From NCBI RefSeq assembly GCF_006345805.1, contig NC_043004.1, positions 65,658,001 to 65,722,000 of the forward strand: a stretch of DNA of 64,000 nucleotides. The letters are read 5' to 3'. The position numbers were made by a program, and so were the translations under genes. Source of the stretch: Octopus sinensis (lineage: Eukaryota). Position 1 is the stretch's first letter. Each line of letters starts with the position of its first letter. Positions 41,918 to 54,391 of the stretch are shown here, in pieces. The notes beneath the pieces were generated by a model that saw only the letters and a list, made by a program, of their open reading frames with translations, searched no databases and was not told where the DNA came from.

Positions 41918-41965
<48 letters not shown>

Positions 41966-42114
41966 CTCGATAAATTTTGAGCGTTAGACTATATACCAGA
42001 AATCCCTAGTTTGTCGGGTACGTTCTGCGTCTGCGCAGTGATCTGATTAGATAGAAAGAGCAAATCAGTAGACGCACATGTGTCTATCGAGGTGCGATCT
42101 CAAAATAACAGGAA

Positions 42115-42187
42115 TCTTACTGAAGAGCCTACCTGAGTAAATAAATATTATTTTTATTGGTGAAATAGGCGAAACTGCAGTCTAAGA
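42115..42187 (+). ncRNA. minimal type I hammerhead ribozyme, intact
   Basis: tctta-CTGAAGA-gccta(34-nt loop)taggc-GAAA-c(tgca)g-TC-taaga. Perfect 5-bp stems I and II and a GUC cleavage triplet. Confidence 0.85.
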
Positions 42188-42358
42188 AGAACCGAGTTAG
42201 TAAAAGTTTTTATTTTCATTTCACTAAATTTATCAAGCTTCTGTGTATCTAGTACATACTTCGCCTTTAATGTACTTATATATGAATAATATATGGCGTG
42301 TGCTAGAAACACCAGCGATAATAATTAATTTTATTTTATCGCATTCTGACTTTGTTTA

Positions 42359-42401
<43 letters not shown>

Positions 42402-42829
42402 ATTGGTGTTTTAGCATGGCTGCAGTCAAATGACTGAAAGAAGTAAGAGAACACACACACACACATTTATTTATATATATGCACACACATAGCTCGGCGG
42501 AATTAGAACTCACATCGTAAAATCAGGCGAAATGTCGCTATGCAGTTTTGCTCGGCGCGTTAAAGATTCTGCCAGCTCATCACCTTTGACGATGATGATG
42601 AATATGATGATAATGATGATAATAAAAATAATAATAGTAATAATAATAATGATAATGGTAACAACAATAAATGATTATAACTAATTAAGTAAATAATTAA
42701 ACAAGAACCGTAAGAGCCGAAGTCCTCCCAAATTGACTGCTTTCTTTTATTGTTCTGTTGGAAAAGAGATGATATGGTATAAACAACAGCAACAAAAACA
42801 GCTACAGTACAATGTTTACGTAATTCGTC

Positions 42830-43587
42830 GCTGACGCCTCTCCTCGTGCCCCAGTTGGGTTCATCTGGTGCATCCATTGTTCCGAAGACCGAGTAAGAAA
42901 TGGAAGAGTCTCGGGCGTTGATTGCATGGTCTTGGTTGGAGTTGACATCATTTTGCTTTTTCTTCAGTCTGTCTCCTCTTCTCCAAAACTGAACCGCCGA
43001 AATGGATTACTCTTCGCCAGAAAGGACCGTCGGCGGATTTTGTTTCCCAGGTGTTTGAGCTGATGCCGGCTTGAAGGAGACAAAACTTCAGTTGGTCTTT
43101 GAATCTGCGTTTAGGGGCTCCTCGATCTCGTTTACCATTGAAGAGCTTGCTGTCGAGGATGGTTCGCGGGAGTCTTTAGGGGGCATTCCGACGACATATC
43201 CGGACACGTGAGGCGATTAATTGAGGATAGTAGCTTCAATGCTCGGCATTTCTGAGCGATTTAGGAATTTGTTGATGATGCACCGGTACTGCTTTTTGAT
43301 GTCGAGAATTTTCCGAAGTTTGGCTTGCTGGAAATGTTCTTTTACTCTTTTACTTGTTTCAGTCATGTGACTGTGGCCATGCTGAAGCACAGCCTTCAGT
43401 CGAGCAAATCAACCCCAGGACTTATTCTTTGGAAGCCTAGTACTTATTCTATCGGTCTCTTTTGCCGAAACGCTAATTACGGGGTCGTAAACACACCAGC
43501 ATCTGTTGTCAGGCGATGTTGGCAGTGGGACAAACACAGACACACAAACATATACACACACAAACACGCACACACACATATACATAT

Positions 43588-43618
<31 letters not shown>

Positions 43619-43900
43619 CATACATATATACGATGGGGATCTTTCAGTTTCCGTCTACCAAATCCACTCACAAGGCTTTGGTCGGCGCGAGGTTATAATA
43701 TAAGACACTTGCCCAAGGTGCTACGCAGTGAGACTGAACTCGGAACTATGTGGTTCGTAAGTAAGCTACTTACCACACAGCCACTCCTGCGCCTCAAGTC
43801 TTTTCGATACTCGATCGATACAGGGTCCAGCCCGTGGTACTTGAAGGGGCATCATGAATTTTGTTCGGAGGGAGAGCCTGTGGTCGTTGAAAATTAAAAG
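42830..43900 (-). mobile_element. RTE-clade LINE, 3' fragment of ORF2 (interrupted by a SINE)
   Basis: Minus-strand pieces WTLYRSSI..LEHFQQAKLRKILDIK...MPSIEATI...KLFNGKRDRGAPKRRFKDQLK...WETKSADGPFWRR match the RTE RT C-terminal region. Confidence 0.85.
43338..43794 (-). mobile_element. SINE family A inserted into the RTE fragment
   Basis: Full family A on the minus strand; the RTE reading resumes on both sides. Confidence 0.9.
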
Positions 43901-45279
43901 CAACAAAATGAATCAATATCGACAATGATGAGAATTATGTTTTATCTCTTTTATCGGATACAATATGCTACAGTGGAGAAGACTTGCCACTGGATTTGGT
44001 TAAAAAGACACGATGAGCAATGGCTAGAGAAATAGCGAGCTTTATTTAATAACCAGTTGATCTAGGAAGCGGGGCCTCATATCAGTGAGGGGGGGCCGGT
44101 GCGCATTGATGCCGTCGAGAGGTAGGCCCCGAAACGGCGCGCATTCTCTCCTGATGACCACATACATTTGATGGCTTCCGGTATGCGGAGTTCTTGACTG
44201 GTAGTACTTGCATGTGCAAGTTGTTTGCAAGACAATAAATTTATTAAATACGCAGATTTCAGCTATTGGAGTAGAGTAAATAGAAAATATATAAATCCTC
44301 TTTCTTACTATCACAGTTAATTCAGAAAGTAAACACAATATATTCCTTTCAGACTTGAGAAAAATCCCAGTTATGTATTTTGTATAATTAATATCTTTTA
44401 GTGATTGATATTGCTAAAACATTGTATTTGAATGACGTTGAGAGCACAGCTTGACCAAATAAATGAATTATACCATATATAATAGAGTAGCAATTTATAT
44501 CTATATGAAAAATGCTCTCAAACTTATGAGATATTGCCACTTATCTATATAGCTCTTGAAATATAAAAAAGGGTTTTACTTTTGTTTTTATCATACTCTC
44601 TCTCTCACTCGCTCTCTCTCTCACTCTTTACACACACACACGCACGCCGCACACACACGCACTCATATTGTACAGTAGACATCATTTCGGGTTCCAAATT
44701 CATGTACATGTGATATACTTTATTTTTGTTGGTTTAAATTGCAGAGAGTGTGAATTACTATATTAAATGGGATATGTAGAGAATATATATTTTGTTTAAA
44801 CACTTTCATATGCTTCATTCAAGAGATTTTCGCTTCTTTTACTCATTTATCTTTTATTGTGTAGGTGTAGATTTCCACAGAAAACAGCGTGTGTAGTAAG
44901 TCATATATTTATACATCTAACACTTTAAATCGAACAAGCTTCTTCCTACATAATATCTTTCTAAACACGCCCATGTATATATATATATTATTCCAAATAT
45001 TCTTATATGAATCCACGAAGGCAAGCAAGTTTATGTAATAAGAGGGTGTACATGTATGTAATACAGATGTACAGACACTATATGCATATACATGCATGTA
45101 TGCGTGCTCTATACGCATACTTGTGGATATGTAAATATTTGCAAGGCAGTGCATATAAATGGAGAATCGCGTGTATCCGTTTCTTTCATGATTTCTGTTT
45201 TATTCTGATTCTCATCTTCTCGATAGTTGCCATGTCTCAACCGCGCACACGTGTATATATAAATGACAGCATGGGCGTG

Positions 45280-45311
<32 letters not shown>

Positions 45312-45352
45312 ATGAATGTGTTCATGTATGAGTATATACATACAAATATATG

Positions 45353-45451
45353 AAAATAGAAAATATATAAATCCTCTTCTTACTATCACAGTTAATTCAG
45401 AAAGTAAACACAATATATTCCTTTCAGACTTGAGAAAAATCCCAGTTCTGC
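45353..45451 (+). repeat. ~95-bp copy of 44278-44372 between 41-bp direct repeats
   Basis: Shared aatagaaaatatataaatcctc...gagaaaaatcccagtt; flanks atgaatgtgttcat.tatgagtatatacataca.atatatg at 45312-45352 and 45452-45492. Confidence 0.85.
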
Positions 45452-45543
45452 ATGAATGTGTTCATTTATGAGTATATACATACAGATATATGTGTATATG
45501 TGTATATACCTGTATAAGTGTGGAGTGTATATAAATATATGCT

Positions 45544-45599
<56 letters not shown>

Positions 45600-46949
45600 T
45601 ATATGTATTTTGTATATATTAATATATATAGAGACGCACAAATCAAACACATACACAAACATATATTTATACACACTCCACATTATATAGGTATATACAC
45701 ATATATCTGTAAGTATATACTCATACATGAATACAGGTATATTATATATATATGTATGTATATATATATATATATATGAATAAACACACATTATATATAT
45801 TTACATATATATGTATATATATGTATATGTATATATATATATATTTATATATATATATATATATACATATATATACATATATATACATATATATATGTAT
45901 GTATGTATATATGTATATATGTATGTGTATACAGGTGTATTTGAATGAATGTTTGAATTTATGTGGCAATGATTACAGAAAAAAACGTTTGATTCAGTTT
46001 TGACAGCCAACGCCATCTGTCATCGTGCTCTGTGCAAAGAGAAAATATAGAAATAAATACAAAAAAAATATCTAAAATATTAACAAAAATGTAAATCCAA
46101 TGACAAAAAAAAAGAAAACAAGGAATCATACTGAAAAAAAAACAACTTTATTTGAAATAAGGTGAAAATATGCTCAAAGAACAGAACAACTGCAGTTTGG
46201 TAAAGTATATGGAAAGGAATGCTGCAAAAGGGAGCTTGGGGTGAGAAGTGTCGACGTCAAAAGAATAGTGTAGAATTTGAAGTGAAGAAAGTATAATAGG
46301 CCTATCGATTTGGTGTGGAGTAAGGTGGTTTGTATATACAAAACAATGGTTGACAGTAAGTGCACTAAGGGAGGTAAGTGAGCTGAACTACAGATTTATA
46401 TACCGCGTTGTGATACGTATATATATATATATATATATATATTTATTATATATTATATATTATGTATACACTCACATACACACACATATATATATGATAT
46501 AAAGCGATAGACGGAGGGAGAGAAAGGGAGGCCGGGGAAGAGAAGGCCCGACTTAGTAGGTGACAAGGTGAGTAAGGGACATATTGTGGAAAAGAGGCTG
46601 AGAGTAAGAAAGCAAGAGAATGGAGAAGCCTATAACCGAAAAGGAACCTCGAAACCGAAGTAGAGAGAATTAGTGAGATAAAGATGATGGTAAGTAATCT
46701 ATCTCTCTATCTCTCTCTCTATCTATCCACGGACCGACAGACGCAAGTCAAATGGGCTCCACGTAAGTTGGTATTTTTATACGTTCAAAAGTGTATATTG
46801 ACAAATATTTTGTGTCTAAAAGTTGTGCAACAACATCCACTGCAAACCTTTGATAAATATCTATACAAAATTTTGCCCCTTGGGGGCAAAATTTAAAAAA
46901 CAAAATTCTCGTAGCCTTCGTGGATTCATTTAGCCATTTTAATTTCAAA

Positions 46950-48917
46950 ATGGCCACTGGTCACCACGAGGCTGAGGTGCAAGTCAAGCGTGACGCAGGG
47001 AAAGAAAAACAGGATGCTCTGTTAGCCTCCACCACCATCAACATCGACAACAACAACAAATACAAAACAAAGGTCGCAAGGCCAAGCACCGTCAACACCA
47101 TCACCGACAACAACACCATGACAGAATCTGCTACTAAAACTGCTATCCCGGCTAAAGACATCGCCACCAATAATAATACCAACATCACCATCACCGCCAC
47201 CAAATACCGTGCCGTCAATGCTACTAATACCACTAACACCACCGCCGTCACCAAGAACGACAATAACAACAACAACAACATCTCCACCAATAACAATACC
47301 AACATCACCATCACCGCCACCAAAGACCGTGCCGTCAATGCTACTAATACCACTAACACCACCGCCGTCACCAAGAACGACAATAACAACAACAACAATG
47401 ATGACAACAACAATTCCCTTCAACCACTGTTCACTCCATCACCAACAAGTGGAAAAATAACGACAAGCAAACGAAATGCCGAAATTTGCGCTAATGCAGG
47501 ACTAAATGACGCAGACAATTTTCCACCCCTTGCTAGTTGCATAATCAGCAACCACAAACCTACAACCCACACCCCTGCCATCAACACCAACACCACCGGC
47601 AGTAACAACAATAACAAAACAACAACAAACTTCGCCGAGGCGATAAAAGAAAAGGTAACAAAAGTTTCGTTTACTACACAACAGATAAGAGATTGCAGAA
47701 ACCTTATTACAAATGAAAACGGAAAAATACTCTTACACATACCTCAACACATACTAAATGAGGAGAAAAAAAAGACAATTATATATAAAATCACAAATAA
47801 AAAAACTAAAAGTCCAGAAAAGGCAAGCACAGACAAAGTAGAAAAGTGCTTACGCCCCATCTGGGGATACAAGGATTGTGTGACTTGGGCGAACAAGTTC
47901 GCCCACGTACAGGTGGTTTTTCAGAATGAAGAGTTGGCGAAGAAATTCTCAACGATAGCCCTTCATTCTGATGAACTAACGATGACACCGAGTTACCTCG
48001 GCCAGAAGGTGACGAAGGTCATTATCAGTGGTGTCCCCCAAGTGACTACAACACTGTGGATAACATCCGCCTTAACATCCGAAATGGAGGATTTAAACAT
48101 CCTAGATATCGGTGTTTCGGAAAACAAGGACTGGCTGGGAAAGAGAATAGAGTTCCTCTTCCACATAAGTCAAGAGGACATAAATAAAATCCCCACCCAC
48201 GTACATCTTGAGGATGGCCGCAAGTTATACGTAGTAGTCGAGGGCAGAAGGCTACGATGCTATACATGTGGCAGTGAGGCACACCTCAAAAAGGAGTGCA
48301 AAACTGCCGCAAAATTACAACAACAACAACAGCCACAGGAAAAATCACAAAAGCCAGCATTATTGCCCACACCACAATATGGACAGCTAGTCAAGAAGCT
48401 GTATGCGGAAATGCAGGAAAAACAACAAAGAACAAGCCAACCCAACCAAACAACACCAACACCAGCGCCAAGAACAGAATCATCACCACCAACAACAAAT
48501 AAACCAATTCCAACACCAAGAACGACAGCAAAACCCAAAGGAACAGAAAAACAAAGAAAACACACACAAACTGATCCCCCATCACTTATAGCGCACTCAA
48601 CACACACAAACACTCAACAACCAACAACAACGAAAACAACAACACAACCACTTACACAGACATACATAGAAGCCCACAACATACCCCTACCCCCTTCTGA
48701 TTCCTCAGAAATTTCGTCGGAAGACGAAACCAGTGAGGAATGGCAAATAGCTACAAATAGAAGGAAAATAAAGAGCAGAAACACAACCAAACCAAATGCA
48801 AACACGAACAAAGCAGGGGGAAATACATCTCCCGAAGACATTTCAAAACCCAACGCAAAACAAACAGCCACACCAACACCACAAAAACATATACAGCAAA
48901 CATGCTCACAGCCATAG
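46950..48917 (+). CDS. LINE ORF1 (gag-like nucleic-acid-binding protein with CCHC zinc knuckle)
   Basis: Open frame from ATG 46950 (the track starts it at GTG 46920). Contains CYTCGSEAHLKKEC (CX2CX4HX4C) and a T/N-rich N-terminus. The C-terminus may continue in frame 48796..49176 after a frameshift. Confidence 0.88.
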   Translation: MATGHHEAEVQVKRDAGKEKQDALLASTTINIDNNNKYKTKVARPSTVNTITDNNTMTESATKTAIPAKDIATNNNTNITITATKYRAVNATNTTNTTAVTKNDNNNNNNISTNNNTNITITATKDRAVNATNTTNTTAVTKNDNNNNNNDDNNNSLQPLFTPSPTSGKITTSKRNAEICANAGLNDADNFPPLASCIISNHKPTTHTPAINTNTTGSNNNNKTTTNFAEAIKEKVTKVSFTTQQIRDCRNLITNENGKILLHIPQHILNEEKKKTIIYKITNKKTKSPEKASTDKVEKCLRPIWGYKDCVTWANKFAHVQVVFQNEELAKKFSTIALHSDELTMTPSYLGQKVTKVIISGVPQVTTTLWITSALTSEMEDLNILDIGVSENKDWLGKRIEFLFHISQEDINKIPTHVHLEDGRKLYVVVEGRRLRCYTCGSEAHLKKECKTAAKLQQQQQPQEKSQKPALLPTPQYGQLVKKLYAEMQEKQQRTSQPNQTTPTPAPRTESSPPTTNKPIPTPRTTAKPKGTEKQRKHTQTDPPSLIAHSTHTNTQQPTTTKTTTQPLTQTYIEAHNIPLPPSDSSEISSEDETSEEWQIATNRRKIKSRNTTKPNANTNKAGGNTSPEDISKPNAKQTATPTPQKHIQQTCSQP

Positions 48918-49207
48918 ACACCGAAACACAAATTTGATGGAATACATCCAATCAAAAACAAACATAACAGAAGATGACATAAAAACAAACAATCACCCAT
49001 ACACAACACCACCAGACCACATCAAAATATTACACATCTCCAAAAGTCTGCACCACACACTCAAAGGCATTTTCCCCAGTGCGGTGGTAAATGCCAAAAA
49101 TATCTCACAAAGAAACTGTACTGGGATCTTCTCGAGGACAAACCAACGAGGAGAAAGCAAAAACTTTGAGCAGTAAGTAACCCTCTGTATTCTAATTCAT
49201 TAGAACT

Positions 49208-52200
49208 ATGATCAAGATTGGTTGTGTAAATGCGCGTGGCTTGGGGTCCCCTTGGAAACAAGGGTACCTATTAAATGACATAAAGTCACATAAGTTAGAA
49301 ATCTTAGCCATAAGCGAGACCAGACTCCACAATCCGCGGGCCTAAAGACCATGTTTGGCGGACAGTTCAACATTATTTTTCCCCCTGTCTGCCGAGAATG
49401 GGCGGTAGTGGCACCGCGGTACTTTTTCACAAGAGTCTGGATCTCAAAGTAAGGACAATATTCGTAGACCGGAGAGTAGACTGGTCGTCCTGGATGTCGA
49501 CGGCAGCAATGGGTGCGCTTTTCGACTCGTATCAGTTTACGCACCGCCCTTAACAGGTCGGGCGGATTTCTTTCAACGTCTAGAAGTTTTCTTGGGAACG
49601 TCTCGTCCTTTACTCTTAGTGGGGGATTGGAATGCTACCTTGGACACGCATGTAGACTACGTGGGTAGAGATAGGAATAGACGGGGATGCAAATGCCTCA
49701 GAGACCTGCTCAGACGCTTTCAACTGTCTGACAGGTTCCGACTAGACCACCCGAATGCGCCAACGTGGACATGGAGCAACCGCATCGGTCGTCGTCGAGA
49801 TCGTATCTAGATAGGATACTGTGTAGGACAGTAGATAGAGATAGCATAGGATGTCCACAATTCCACATAGTCAGCTACACGGATCACAAACTTGTGACAT
49901 GTACGCTAGACTTAGGTAAGACACTTAGGCAGGGTCCCGGATACTGGAAACTAAACGCGTCTTTCCCATCGAGACAGGTTTTCAGAGACCGGATTAGCAC
50001 ACTAGTAAAGAGGGCTTTGGCGGGAGCCATCATCAACAACAAATGGTGGTTTGCCCTCAAGAGAGCAGTAAAAGCAGAAGCGATTAGGTACAGCAAAGCA
50101 CTAGCCATAGATAGAAATAGAGTAGAGGGTGAGCTAGTTAAGAAGCTAGAAGAGGCAATTAGAAGCGGCATCGCATCCGACGTTTTGGCGGCGAGGTTGG
50201 CCCTCGACAAACACTTCAACGCCAAACACGAAGGATGTGCTGTCAGAGCTAGGATGCGTGCTCTAAGGAACGAAGGTGTTGGAGCCGCGAGAGAGGCCCG
50301 GGTGGCAGAGGCTCAACAGGGCAACAAAGCCACCATTCGGTCACTGGTAGATGAACAGGGGCGCGAATTGCTCGAGCCAAGTAAAATGTGTGAGGCCTTT
50401 CAGCAGCATTTTGCCCGACTGTTCGGAACGAGTGGAGGGCAAGAACGTAGGGTGGACTTCAGTGCCTACCTACATAGCCTACCACGACTCTCGACAAGAA
50501 AGGTAGGGTGCTGCGAAGGTGCCATCACGGCGGCGGAAGTGCGGGAAGCGATGGCAGAATGCTCGAGGGACAAATCACCGGGTTTGGATGGTCTACCCTA
50601 CCAGCTTTACAATTGTATGCTAGACTTGTTTGGAGATCTCTTGGCGGCGGTGTACTGCAACTGGCAGCAAAACGGGAGCATTCCTGGTTTTGTGAGCCGA
50701 GGAGCCGTAACACTGCTGAAGAAAGATCTAAACAAGGGAAATGTAATAGATAACTTTAGGCCCATCACTCTGCTTAATGCAGACTTGAACATTTTGGCCA
50801 AGGTGCTAGCCAAGAGGTTGGCGCTTGTCATCGAGAAACTGGTCGACAAGGCGCAAACATGCGCCGTGCCAGGCCGGACCATCCATGACAACCTCCATCT
50901 GATGCACTACATCATAGACAGGGTAGTTAACGAACCTGGCATGGGTGGGGCCCTGATCAACTTGGATCAATCGAAAGCCTTTGATAGGGTAGACCATCGA
51001 TACTTGGAGGCAGTCCTGAGAGCGGCTGGTTTCGGTCCCGTCTTCCGCGGCTGGATAGCTGCCTTGTACAGAGGCATCCGTTCGGTAATTCGCGTAAATG
51101 GACATCTATCGAGACCTTTCGACATTGCACGTTCGGTCCGTCAGGGATGCCCCCTCTCGGCGCTTCTATACGTATTGACTCTTGAGCCACTACTGCGGAA
51201 GCTGGCGACTCTAAGGGGCATCCCGCGAGAATTGGGATGCGGGACGAGCGTGTCTGCATACGCGGACGACGTCACCGTCATAGTGTCTAGCCACGAGCAC
51301 ATCGAGCTGGTCGGCGAGACACTGAAAAACTACGAACGGTGACAGGAGCGAAAATCAACCGGGAAAAGTCAGTGGGCTTGCGACTAGGCACCTGGAGAAG
51401 CAAGCCCATGCCGTCCACCAGCGCATCCGTCGTGTGGGACGCTGGACCGACGGCCCGGTTGAGTTGCTCGGGGTCTGGTTTGGTCCGGACCTCCAAGTGG
51501 AGAAGAACTGGAACGAGATAACGAGTAGGGTGGTCACTCTCGCCCGACAATGGGCCGAGAGGAAACTGTCCTTAAAAGGTCGAGCGGAGGTGGCGAACAC
51601 GTACATCGCGTCCGTCATCTACTACCGCCTGACCGTCGTACCTTGTCCCGACCCTACCATCACCAAGCTACAACGCATCCTCTTTCGCTTCTTGTGGAAA
51701 GGATGCGTCCCGATGGTCAGGCGATCCATTTGCTGTCAACACCCGTTAAAAGGAGGGCTGGGCATGCCGTGGTTGATGATGCGTAGACACGCGCTGAGAC
51801 TGCGACATCTCTGGCTCTATGTAGACGACGGTGAACAGGTGTGGTCGCCGTTTGTGAGGCACGCTTTCCCGCAGCTCGTCTCCATGACCGAACTGCAGTC
51901 GTGGATCAAAAAGAGGCCGAGGAAGGGCGAATGGCACCGCGAGTGTCGCGTTGCTCTCAAGCAACTCTGCCGTCCTGGGTCGACCTTAAGTGACTTCAAC
52001 ACAACCAAAGCATTCTATAGGGGTTTAGTGGAGGGGAGGTACGACGACGAGCTCGGGGCGAACCTGGACGTCGACGAGGAGTACCTGACCCGCCTGTTCA
52101 GGACGACTTTCGGGCCAGGGCCCATGGACAACTTCCAGAGATCCCTGGCCTGGCGGTGCTACCGAGAAGCGCTACCCGTTCGGGATAAGCTCTACAGACA

Positions 52201-52645
52201 CGGCTCGAGAAACACGGGGCCGACCTGCCCGAGATGCGGTCAGAGCGACGAAACCGTTCTGCACGCACTCGTTCAGTGTCCAACAATTTCCGACCTGTGG
52301 GCTTATGTCGAACAACTGCTGTCACGTGTGGGACGAGTCGGTTTATCAGCTGAGTCTATCGTCAATATTGTCACGCCTCCTTCCTTCAAACGGGAAGGAA
52401 GAGCTATTTTCATCATCCTTGTGGCTATGGCGAAAGAATGTATCTGGTGGACGCGTCTGAAAGGATTGGAGACAAATACTTTCCTCTCTGGTCAATCTCT
52501 CATCAACTTCTTCAAGTACCACTTGAAAAGGAAAGTGAGAGTAGAGAGGCAAGTTTTGTCTAGCGAATGTTTTAAAAAAAGATGGGTGAATGTAGCAAGA
52601 ATGGCACGTATGAATGACGAAGCCACCTTGAGCATAGTCCTATGA
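49208..52645 (+). pseudogene. LINE ORF2: APE endonuclease - reverse transcriptase - C-terminal zinc finger, frameshifted
   Basis: APE motifs VNARGL, SETR, VYAP, GDWN, YLDRI, TDHK; RT motifs KSPGLDG, FRPITLLN, AFDRVDH, VRQGCPLS, YADD; CPRCGQSDETVLHALVQC. Frame breaks near 49345, 49380, 49470, 49790, 51340 and 51430. Confidence 0.93.
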
Positions 52646-53021
52646 ACCCAGAAATCGAAAACAGAGAGTTGCTTATTTGCAAAAAAAAAAAAAGAAATAT
52701 AAAATGTGACTTCATTGACCGAGGTTACCGTGGTCTTTTCCGTAGGCTTTTCTTTCCACGGGTAAACCTCACCTGTCCTCCCCTTTACACTTCATATTGA
52801 TATTTCTGTGATAACGATCCCTATTGATCAATTTTTATTTCCTCTCCCCCTTTTTTTAACCCCCCCTTTTTGTCCTCTTTCTCTCCTTTTACGATCCCTT
52901 TTGATCGAAACTCCCCCCTCCTTTTTTTTTTTAACCCTTCAAAAGAAAAGCTCTACCTTGTAATTTGTTCTATCTGTGTGCAGCCCTGTGTGGCTAATAA
53001 CGAATCATATCTATCTATCTA

Positions 53022-53103
<82 letters not shown>

Positions 53104-53167
53104 CTGTCTGTGAATCAATCTACACACTCACACGCATGCGTACACATATCTATCTATAAATATACAT

Positions 53168-53384
53168 ATGTAATCCCTCGACATATCGCGATTCACCTAT
53201 CGCGTTTATTATTTAAGTTTACGTCGATTCTAAGTGGTATTCTATTGCATTGATAATAGAATAGATATAGACAGACAAAAGTAGAAAATAATTTATACAG
53301 TACAGTACTGTTTTTACTTCGCGGATTTTCACCAACTGCAGAGGGTTTTGGAACGTAACACCCGCGATAGTCGAAGGATTACTG
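53168..53384. mobile_element. pogo/Tigger-like MITE (second copy ~54170-54388)
   Basis: Imperfect TIRs gtaatccctcgacatatcgcg / cgcgatagtcgaaggattactg, followed by TA. Confidence 0.6.
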
Positions 53385-53387
53385 TAT

Positions 53388-54047
53388 ATTCTCAAGAAAG
53401 TTCTTGCGGTTTTTAACCTTTAAATTCAGATGCACGTATCTTGGCTCAAAAAAAACTTTATTAATCAAATAAATACCATCATAATCAACACACTTTTGCC
53501 AACGCAAAACAAGTTTATTTATGCTAGTAGCGTAAAATCCTGCGCTCTGGTGGCGATGAAATCGCTGAAGGCATGTTTGATATCGTCTTGGTTTTTGAAG
53601 TATTTCTCACGCAGGAAGTTGTCGAGATGTTTGAAAAAGCGGTATTCGGTAGGCGAGAGGTCTGGTAAGTATGGCGGATGAAGCAGAGATTCGTAACCCA
53701 ATTCGTTCAACTTCTGCAGGGTCAGTTGTGCGACGTGCGGTCGAGAGTTATCGTGGAGAAGAATTGATCCTTTTCTCTTGACCAATGCTGAATGTTGTTG
53801 TCGGGGTTTCTTATGCATTTCATCCATTTGCTGACAGTACTTCTCCGCAGTAATGGTTTCGTATTAAGCTGTGATCGATGAGAACAACCGAAGACCACCA
53901 AACAATCACCATGACATTGTGTTGGTGCAAATGTGGCTTCACAAAGAACCGTGGAGCTTCGTCGGCGTCCGACCATTGAGCTGAGCGTCGCCGGTTGTCG
54001 TAAAGAATCAACTTTTCATCGCAAGTCACACACCGGTCGAGAAAACG
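53388..54047 (-). pseudogene. mariner (DD34D) transposase 3' fragment with right TIR, copy 1
   Basis: VTCDEKLILYDN, LLHDNSRPH, HPPYLPDLSPTEY; Hsmar-like TIR remnant aagaaagttcttgcggttttt at ~53390-53415. Confidence 0.9.
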
Positions 54048-54107
<60 letters not shown>

Positions 54108-54391
54108 GTCTGTGAATCAATCTACACACTCACACGCATGCGTACACATATCTATCTATAAATATACATATGTAATCCCTCGACATATCGCGATTCACCT
54201 ATCGCGTTTTATTATTTAAGTTTACGTCGATTCTAAAGTGGTATTCTATTGCATTGATAATAGAATAGATATAGACAGACAAAAGTAGAAAATAATTTAT
54301 ACAGTACAGTACTGTTTTTACTTCGCGGATTTTCACCAACTGCAGAGGGTTTTGGAACGTAACACCCGCGATAGTCGAAGGATTACTGTAT

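Larger units (their letters stand above)
46728..53007 (+). mobile_element. Tx1/L1-clade non-LTR retrotransposon, near full length (~6.3 kb)
   Basis: 5' UTR, ORF1, ORF2 (EN-RT-zinc finger) and 3' UTR present; tatctatc immediately flanks both ends (46720-46727, 53008-53015). Confidence 0.93.

Noticed and set aside
44060-44200. GC-rich island with ctgatga and ccgaaacg motifs
   Set aside because: The elements are not in hammerhead order and GAAA is missing after the candidate stem II.
46961-52552. Antisense and alternate-frame ORFs overlapping the LINE
   Set aside because: They are shadows of ORF1/ORF2 composition with no independent evidence.
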